61,118 nucleotides of DNA from Arenimonas sp. (GTDB taxonomy: Bacteria; Pseudomonadota; Gammaproteobacteria; Xanthomonadales; Xanthomonadaceae): positions 1 to 61,118 of the forward strand of contig DAORUD010000001.1 of NCBI GenBank assembly GCA_035433005.1, written 5' to 3'. Of this stretch, positions 54,809 to 61,118 are shown one piece after another. The notes beneath the pieces are model-generated. The model made no database searches. It was given only the letters and a program-made list of their open reading frames with translations, and had not been told where the DNA came from. Position numbers and translations under genes: made by a program. Position 1 is the first letter of the stretch. Every line of letters starts with the position of its first letter.

Positions 54809-55897
54809 ATGAAGACTCGACACCGCAGCAATGCGGGCCGGTGGCTGCCGGCTGTGGCACTGTTGGCGATGGCCGGCCCGGCCGTGGCGAACACGCTCAA
54901 CCAGAACGTTTCGTGGACCATCGACCGGTCCGGCACCACCACCAAGTACCGCGTGGTGGCCTACGGCGATTCCATCTACGCCGGCTACAACGGCTCGGTC
55001 AGCAACGCCGCCAAGTACTCCGCGCCCACCGTGGACGCCGAATACCTGGCCGCGCGCTGGGGCGCCGACATCGAGAGCATCCGCCGCACCAAGTCCGGCG
55101 CCGTGGCCAAGGACGTGTACGACAACAAGATCGTCGCCGAACGGTCCTACATGCAGGCCGCCTCCACCCGCGTGGTCACCTTCGAGATGTGCGGCAACGA
55201 CGGCCTGCAGGCCCGCACCGCCTTCAAGGGCCAGACCGGCACCTGCAACTACGCCGTGCTCGACAACGCCGTGAACTCCTGCCGCACCTACGTGGCCGCG
55301 GGCATGGACTTCATCAACGCCAACGCGCACCCGAACACCCGGCTCAAGGTGATCGCCAACCTGTACTACCCCGGCTACAACGCCGACAACGTGCAGAGCT
55401 CGTGCCGCGACGCCACCACGGGCCAGACGGTGAACCTGCGCGACCGCTTCCTGCCGGCGATTGCCAGGATGAACTGGAGCATGTGCAACTCGGCCCGCCT
55501 CAAGGGCTTCCAGTGCGCCGACAGCTTCGCCCAGTACATGGGCGCGGACTACGACAGCAACGGCGACGGCCAGGTGGACTCGGACGCGCTGCGCTACGTG
55601 GCCGGTGAAACTGAAGCCGCCTACCTCGCCCGCATCACCGGCGCGCTGCGCCCGACCCTGCGCGATGCCAACACGCACTTCGCCACGGCCTCGAGCAGCT
55701 TCGACTACATCCAGTCCGACGACGTCCACCCGACCTACACCGGCGGCACCGTGTCGGCCGGCCTGTGGGGTGGCACCACCGGCACCGGCGCCGCGCGCTA
55801 CACCAGCTTCACCGGCGGCAAGAGCCCGATCTGGAACAGCTTCGGCCACGAGCGCATGGGCTGGTCGCTGTCGGTCTACAACCCGGCGGCTCCGTAA
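54809..55897 (+). CDS. secreted SGNH/GDSL hydrolase
   Basis: Sec signal; block I YGDSI, block II SGA, block III CGND, block V DDVHP; Ca-loop-like DSNGDGQVD. Confidence 0.85.
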   Translation: MKTRHRSNAGRWLPAVALLAMAGPAVANTLNQNVSWTIDRSGTTTKYRVVAYGDSIYAGYNGSVSNAAKYSAPTVDAEYLAARWGADIESIRRTKSGAVAKDVYDNKIVAERSYMQAASTRVVTFEMCGNDGLQARTAFKGQTGTCNYAVLDNAVNSCRTYVAAGMDFINANAHPNTRLKVIANLYYPGYNADNVQSSCRDATTGQTVNLRDRFLPAIARMNWSMCNSARLKGFQCADSFAQYMGADYDSNGDGQVDSDALRYVAGETEAAYLARITGALRPTLRDANTHFATASSSFDYIQSDDVHPTYTGGTVSAGLWGGTTGTGAARYTSFTGGKSPIWNSFGHERMGWSLSVYNPAAP

Positions 55898-55924
55898 ACC
55901 TGCGTCGGCACGAAGGACTCCAAC

Positions 55925-56590
55925 GTGGTTGAACAAAGTCCCCCGCCCCCTGCGCCGTCCGGTCCGGACGGCGACGGTGTGCGGGTGATTTCCAAGGCGC
56001 GGACCCCGCACGGGTCCGCGCTTTCCTGGGCGCTGGCCCTGGTGCTGGTGCTGGGCGCCGTGGTGGCATGGCGCCTGCTGGCGCCCGCCGCTCCCGATCG
56101 CCGGGACCTCCAGGCCTCCGTACCCACGCCCGCTGCGCCGCAGGACGCCCGCGCCCCGGCGCGCCGCGCGACCGCGACCGCCAGCGCGCCGCACGAACCC
56201 GCCGAGGCCCTGCCCAACGGCGACCCCAACGACCTGGCCAACTACTTCCGGCCCGGCGACCCCGAACCCACCGGCGCCGAACTGATCGGCGCCCTGAACG
56301 ACGTCGGCATCCGCACCGGCATCGGCGCCTTCAATCCGCCGGGCACCAGCCCGCCGCTGGAGGGCCTGGCCGTGCCGGAGGACTACGAACTTCCCGAAGG
56401 TTATGTGCGCCACTACCAGTCCACCGACGAGGGCGTGGCGATTGAACCGATCCTGATGTTCGCGCCCGACTTCACCCTGCTCGACGCCAGCGGCCGACCC
56501 GTCGCCCTGCCCGGCAACCGCGTGGTGCCGCCCGGGATGGCGCCGCCGGGGCTGCCGATCCGGCGCGTCCGGATACCGCCGCCGACCTGA
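55925..56590 (+). CDS. membrane-anchored Pro-rich protein of unknown function
   Basis: AAGGA RBS + GTG; one N-terminal TM, Pro/Ala linker, compact C-terminal domain. Confidence 0.78.
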   Translation: MVEQSPPPPAPSGPDGDGVRVISKARTPHGSALSWALALVLVLGAVVAWRLLAPAAPDRRDLQASVPTPAAPQDARAPARRATATASAPHEPAEALPNGDPNDLANYFRPGDPEPTGAELIGALNDVGIRTGIGAFNPPGTSPPLEGLAVPEDYELPEGYVRHYQSTDEGVAIEPILMFAPDFTLLDASGRPVALPGNRVVPPGMAPPGLPIRRVRIPPPT

Positions 56591-56620
56591 CCGCGCTTTA
56601 CGGAGTTTGCTTACTTGACC

Positions 56621-59074
56621 ATGGATCGGTTGCCGCTTTCCCGCTGGCGCCTGTTGGCCGGCGTCCTTGCCACGGCCCTGTTGATTGGCGTGTACGCGCG
56701 CGGCGGCGCCGCGTGGGGCCTGGGCGCCGTGATGCTGGTGCCCTGGCTGCTGGCGCTGGACGCCACGCGCACGCGGGCCGGCACGCTGGCCAGCGCGCTG
56801 CTGATGTGCGCGGCGATGGTGGCGGCCACGTTCTACTGGTTCGGCGCGGCCATCGGCGGCTTCACCGGCATGGGCGCCGTGCCGGGCGTGGCCGTGCTGC
56901 TGGTGCTGGCGCCCGTGATGCAGCCGCAGGTGCTGGCGTTCGCGCTGGTGCGGCACCTGGCCGGCCGCCGGCACGGCGCGGTGATGCGCGCGCTGGCGGG
57001 CGCCAGCGCCTGGGTGGCCTGCGAGTGGGCCCTGCCCAAGCTGCTGGGCGACACGCTGGGCCACGGGCTGTTTCCGTCGGCGCTGATGCGCCAGGCCGCC
57101 GACCTGGGCGGCGCGGCGGGCCTGACCTTCCTGCTGATACTGGTGAACGAAGGCATCGCGCAGGCCGTGGCCCGACGCAGGCGCGGTGTGCGCGCCACGC
57201 TGGCACCGCTGGCCGGGGCCGCGGCCATCGTGCTGGCGCTGGCCGGCTACGGCATGGCGCGCCTGGCCGCGCTGCATGCGCCCCCCGCGCCGGCGCCGGC
57301 GCTGCGCGTGGCGATGGTGCAAGCCAGCATCACCGACTACGAAGGCCTGCGCCAGCAGATAGGCGCCTACGGCGTGGTGCGAAAAGTGCTCGACACGCAC
57401 TACGCGCTTTCGCAGTCGGCCGTGCGCGACCACGGCGCCGACGTGCTGCTGTGGTCGGAAACCGTGTACCCCACCACCTTCGGCCAGGCCCGCAGCGAAG
57501 ACGGCGCCGCGCTCGACGCCGAGATCCAGGGCTTCGTCGAGGCCATGGGCGTGCCGCTGGTGTTCGGCACCTACGACATCGACGGCGCGGGGGAATACAA
57601 CGCCGCCGCCTTCGTCGAACCGCGCGCGGGGCTGATTGGCTTCTATCGCAAGACCCATCCTTTCCCGTTCACCGAACACGTGCCGGCCTGGCTGGATGGC
57701 CCGACGCTGCGCCGCCTGCTGCCGTGGACCGGCGGCTGGCAGCCCGGCTCCGGCGCGCGCGTGCTGCCGCTGCGCACCGCCGACGGCCGCGAGGTGAACG
57801 TGCTGCCGCTGATTTGCCTGGACGACGTGCACACGGGGCTGGCCATCGACGGCGCGCGGCTGGGCGCGCAGGCCATCGTCGGCATGTCGAACGATTCGTG
57901 GTTCACCGACTATCCCGCCGGCGCGCGGCTGCACCTGGCGGTGGCGGCGTTCCGCAGCATCGAGACGCGGCTGCCGCAGGTGCGCGTCACCACCAATGGC
58001 CTGAGCGCGGTGATAGATGACACCGGCGAAGTGCTGGCCAGCACCGGCATGGGCGACCAGGCCGTGCTGACCGCCGAGCTGTCGGCGCGCGATCCCGCGC
58101 CCACGCTGATGGTGCGCTGGGGCGACTGGGTGGGGCGCGCGGGCGCGGGGTTCCTGCTGGGGCTGGTGGCGCTGGCCGCCTGGCGTGCACTGCGGCATCG
58201 CCCGGTGGCGAACGCCTCGGGCCCGTTCGTCGCCAAGGCGGCGCTGCTGGGCCGGGGCGCGCGATGGGCCGCCGGCCTGCTTCGCCTGGTTTCAGCGGCG
58301 GGGCTGGCCTGGCTCGCGCTGGACATGCTGCTGCGCGTCGGCCTGCAGGTGCAGTCGCTGGCGCAGCTCAAGCTGTTTGCCTTCGCGGTGGTGTTGCCCG
58401 CCGTGGCCGCCTGGGCCATCACGCGCGCGGCCGCGGCCACGCTGCGCATCGAAGGCGATGCGCTGGTGCTGGACCAGCGCCACCAGCGCACCGAGATCCC
58501 GCTGGCGTCCATCGCGGCAGTGCAGCCCTGGCGCCTGCCGCTGCCGCATGCGGGCGTGGACCTGCGGCTGGCGTCAGGGCAGGCATGGCCTCGCGGGTTG
58601 GTGGGCGTTGACGCGATGGCGCTTCAGCGGGCGCTGGGCAGCGCCGGCTCGCCCGCTTCCATCCACGGCGGCATGGCCGGGCGCCTGGCGCGCTGGGCAC
58701 AGCTGCGCGCGGCCACGGTGCATCCGCGGCTGGACTCTGCGCTGGTGAAGTTCGCGCTGTTCCCGATGCTGCCCGCGGCGATCGCGTTCCGGCTGCACCA
58801 GGTGATCGCCTTCGGCGGTCCGCTGGGCGAGTACTACACGTATGGCCTCAAGGCCTGGCTGACCGGTGCGGCCATCTGGTGGGCGTCGTGGTCGATCGGG
58901 CTGATGCTGTTTGCCGCGGCGCTGCGCCTGGCCATCGAAGCCACCACGCTGATGGCATTCGCCCTGTCGGCCGCGCGGGCGCTGGCCGTGCGCGATGCGC
59001 TGGAGTGGCTGGGCCGTGCGGCGTTCTACCTTGGTGTGCCGGCCTGGCTGGCGCTGCGGCTGCTCTCGGGTTGA
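56621..59074 (+). CDS. apolipoprotein N-acyltransferase-like protein with long C-terminal membrane/bPH-like extension
   Basis: TM N-terminus; nitrilase triad WSET / YRKT / ICLDD; SNDSWF, RSIETR, GLSAVID; about 290 extra aa. Confidence 0.85.
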   Translation: MDRLPLSRWRLLAGVLATALLIGVYARGGAAWGLGAVMLVPWLLALDATRTRAGTLASALLMCAAMVAATFYWFGAAIGGFTGMGAVPGVAVLLVLAPVMQPQVLAFALVRHLAGRRHGAVMRALAGASAWVACEWALPKLLGDTLGHGLFPSALMRQAADLGGAAGLTFLLILVNEGIAQAVARRRRGVRATLAPLAGAAAIVLALAGYGMARLAALHAPPAPAPALRVAMVQASITDYEGLRQQIGAYGVVRKVLDTHYALSQSAVRDHGADVLLWSETVYPTTFGQARSEDGAALDAEIQGFVEAMGVPLVFGTYDIDGAGEYNAAAFVEPRAGLIGFYRKTHPFPFTEHVPAWLDGPTLRRLLPWTGGWQPGSGARVLPLRTADGREVNVLPLICLDDVHTGLAIDGARLGAQAIVGMSNDSWFTDYPAGARLHLAVAAFRSIETRLPQVRVTTNGLSAVIDDTGEVLASTGMGDQAVLTAELSARDPAPTLMVRWGDWVGRAGAGFLLGLVALAAWRALRHRPVANASGPFVAKAALLGRGARWAAGLLRLVSAAGLAWLALDMLLRVGLQVQSLAQLKLFAFAVVLPAVAAWAITRAAAATLRIEGDALVLDQRHQRTEIPLASIAAVQPWRLPLPHAGVDLRLASGQAWPRGLVGVDAMALQRALGSAGSPASIHGGMAGRLARWAQLRAATVHPRLDSALVKFALFPMLPAAIAFRLHQVIAFGGPLGEYYTYGLKAWLTGAAIWWASWSIGLMLFAAALRLAIEATTLMAFALSAARALAVRDALEWLGRAAFYLGVPAWLALRLLSG

Positions 59075-59097
59075 TGCCCCAAATCCGAGCACGTGCT

Positions 59098-60027
59098 TCA
59101 GCGGCGCAGGGTGGCCATGGCTTTGCGGGCGAGGTACATCAGGCTGCCGGTGAGGCCGCGCTCGTGGGCGCGGGCCAGGGTCATCAGGCGGGCGATTTCG
59201 TCATACTGGATGGCGATGCGGCCGTCCTTGTCGGCGATCACCCCGCGAAGTGCCGCCATGTCCGCCTCGGTGAGCACGTGGCCGGCATGCAGGTGCGCCG
59301 GCAGCCCGCGCGTGACGTACACGGTGGAGTGGGCCGCCGCCTCGGCCTCGTCGTGCGCGGCCGGCGTGTAGAAATAGAACGCCAGCGAGCGGCGGCTGGT
59401 GCCGGCATGCTCCGGCGGCAGCGTGATGCGGTCGAAGCCGTGCCAGCTGTGTTCGTTGGTTTCAAACACGACGCAGCGATTGAACAGCGGCGCGAACACG
59501 TGCGCCGGCGCGGGGTCCTGCGCCGGGTCGCCATACAGGCCCAGCGCGCCGCCCCATTCCAGCTTCCAGCCCGGGTTGAGGTAGATGATCAGGTTGAGAC
59601 GGCGGTGCCAGCGTTCGATCGGATGGAAGTTGAAGTCGATGTGCGGGTCGAGCGAGGCGCCATCGCGATTGTCATGCGTGCCGCCCCCGACGTAGCCGGG
59701 GTCATAGAGCAAGCCGGGGATGCCGGTGACTTCGCTGAGCCATGCCAGGAATTCCGGGCTGCGGACCATCCCATCCAACTGCGCGTACTGGCTGCCCAGG
59801 GCCCGGATGCGTTCAACCGTGGACTTGTCGCCGGGCCGGCCGTGTTCGGCCAGCGCGTTGCCGCGCTCGAAGGTCGGGAACTGCTGCAGCAGCGCCTGCG
59901 CGAAGGTCTCTTCCAGAAAACCATCAATGGCCACATGCCGGAACGGGCGCGCGACCGCGAACGCCTGCGCCAGCCCTTCCCGGCGGGCCAGCACCGAACC
60001 TGCGATCAGGCCGCTCATGTTCTGCAT
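59098..60027 (-). CDS. 2OG-Fe(II) oxygenase with C-terminal coiled coil
   Basis: PHIDFN (HxD), NLIIYLN..WGGAL, SWHG, RRSLA; start at 60027 or 60018. Confidence 0.85.
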   Translation of the reverse strand: MQNMSGLIAGSVLARREGLAQAFAVARPFRHVAIDGFLEETFAQALLQQFPTFERGNALAEHGRPGDKSTVERIRALGSQYAQLDGMVRSPEFLAWLSEVTGIPGLLYDPGYVGGGTHDNRDGASLDPHIDFNFHPIERWHRRLNLIIYLNPGWKLEWGGALGLYGDPAQDPAPAHVFAPLFNRCVVFETNEHSWHGFDRITLPPEHAGTSRRSLAFYFYTPAAHDEAEAAAHSTVYVTRGLPAHLHAGHVLTEADMAALRGVIADKDGRIAIQYDEIARLMTLARAHERGLTGSLMYLARKAMATLRR

Positions 60028-60262
60028 TCGATGGAATCCGTTGGTCGGCAGTGATGGAGGGGCCACGCCGCGAAAGGTTATCAGATGGGTTGCAAGCGCC
60101 CGCGGCCTGGTACGACCGGCCCAAGGCGACACGGCATGCCCTGATGGTCCAGGGCAAACCGGCCCTTCTTGCCGCCCAGCTGCCATACCTGGACGCGATG
60201 GCCAACACGCTTGAGGCCATACTTCGGGACTGACCGCCCCCGCCTGAAGAGTGACCTCGCGC

Positions 60263-60592
60263 ATGCCCACGATCGATGGCCCGCTGGAAATCGTCGTTCG
60301 CCTGAACCCCGATACCGGCGAGGTGAGCACCACCTTCGAATCACGCGAGTGCTCGTTCCTGACGCCGGGCGAACTGTGGTGGGAGCGCGGCGCGCACCAT
60401 TACGTGGTCTACCAGCCCGAAGACTTCCATGACCCGCGCCTCAAGCAGCGGCGGGACACGGGCAACATGCTTTCGCCCCGGGATCCTCACGCCAGGCTGG
60501 TGCACGTGGGCGCCGTGGCCGGGCCGGGACCGGTTCCTCCCGGCTGGATCGAGCTGTCCCGCCGCGCCCTGGGTCTGGCCGGACCGGCTTGA
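60263..60592 (+). CDS. hypothetical protein
   Basis: 109-aa ORF with protein-like composition filling an intergenic gap. Confidence 0.55.
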   Translation: MPTIDGPLEIVVRLNPDTGEVSTTFESRECSFLTPGELWWERGAHHYVVYQPEDFHDPRLKQRRDTGNMLSPRDPHARLVHVGAVAGPGPVPPGWIELSRRALGLAGPA

Positions 60593-60642
60593 GGTCGCCG
60601 GGGCCAGGCCCGGGGGCGTGAAGCCGGCCCGCGCGGGGCCGC

Positions 60643-60651
60643 TGCTATAAT
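60643..60651 (+). promoter_or_regulatory. extended -10 promoter element
   Basis: TGCTATAAT 34 nt upstream of ATG 60686. Confidence 0.6.
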
Positions 60652-60685
60652 TCCGAGTCTTTGCTCCAGCCCCGGAAGCCCCGCC

Positions 60686-61118
60686 ATGTCCGTGCCAACC
60701 CTGCCCGTTCCCCCGACCCTCGACCGCGACTACGACCTGCAGTCGAAGTACACCCGCGAAGAGGGCCGCATCTACCTCTCCGGCGTGCAGGCCCTGGTGC
60801 GCCTGCCGCTGATGCAGCAGATGCGCGACCGGGCCGCCGGCGCCAATACCGCCGGCTTCATCTCGGGCTACCGCGGTTCGCCGCTGGGCGGCTTCGACCT
60901 GGAGCTGTGGAAGGCGCGCAAGCACCTGTCCGCGTCGGGCATCGAGTTCACGCCGGGCCTGAACGAAGACCTCGGCGCGACGATGGTGTGGGGCAGCCAG
61001 CAGACCAACCTGTTCCCGGGCGCCAAGTACGACGGCGTGTTTTCCATGTGGTACGGCAAGGGCCCGGGCGTGGACCGCTGCGGCGACGTGTTCAAGCACG
61101 GCAACGCCGCCGGCACCT
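60686..61118 (+). CDS. indolepyruvate ferredoxin oxidoreductase family protein (partial, runs off window)
   Basis: Absent from the ORF track (no stop). Translates to MSVPT..IYLSGVQALVRLPLMQ..FISGYRGSPLGG..LNEDLGAT..WYGKGPGVDR. Confidence 0.9.
   Translation, partial: MSVPTLPVPPTLDRDYDLQSKYTREEGRIYLSGVQALVRLPLMQQMRDRAAGANTAGFISGYRGSPLGGFDLELWKARKHLSASGIEFTPGLNEDLGATMVWGSQQTNLFPGAKYDGVFSMWYGKGPGVDRCGDVFKHGNAAGT

Noticed and set aside
54752-58198. 1148-aa minus-strand ORF
   Set aside because: Antisense shadow of the SGNH-Lnt operon

Overview
High-GC chromosomal window. Gene content (glnA-ntrB-uppP, gltBD, ParA-SixA-YceI, PLD, DUF885/ggt) looks like a Xanthomonadales gammaproteobacterium; this is an inference, not a search result. 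Positions 1-20 kb are an accessory block beginning immediately downstream of ntrB, where ntrC would normally be. It holds a MerR/DUF2938 pair, a 15 kb minus-strand envelope cluster and a GntR-ABC-acyltransferase operon. The envelope cluster encodes a sulfatase, DUF2092, an Asn/Asp/Val-repeat protein, several outer-membrane barrels, an 8-heme cytochrome-TPR protein, DUF3313, a SYLF protein, a FixL-like kinase and two FixJ-like regulators. Four of its internal promoters carry one 17-bp box at identical spacing from a -10 element. Positions 20-54 kb are mostly core nitrogen, lipid and signalling genes, interrupted by a lipoprotein/LolA-like pair and a GMC oxidoreductase module. Three related long perfect palindromes sit at gene 3' ends. 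Positions 54.8-59 kb carry an SGNH hydrolase, an anchored protein and an Lnt fusion behind a structured leader. No rRNA, tRNA, CRISPR array, integrase or transposase was seen. All product calls come from motif recognition by eye.
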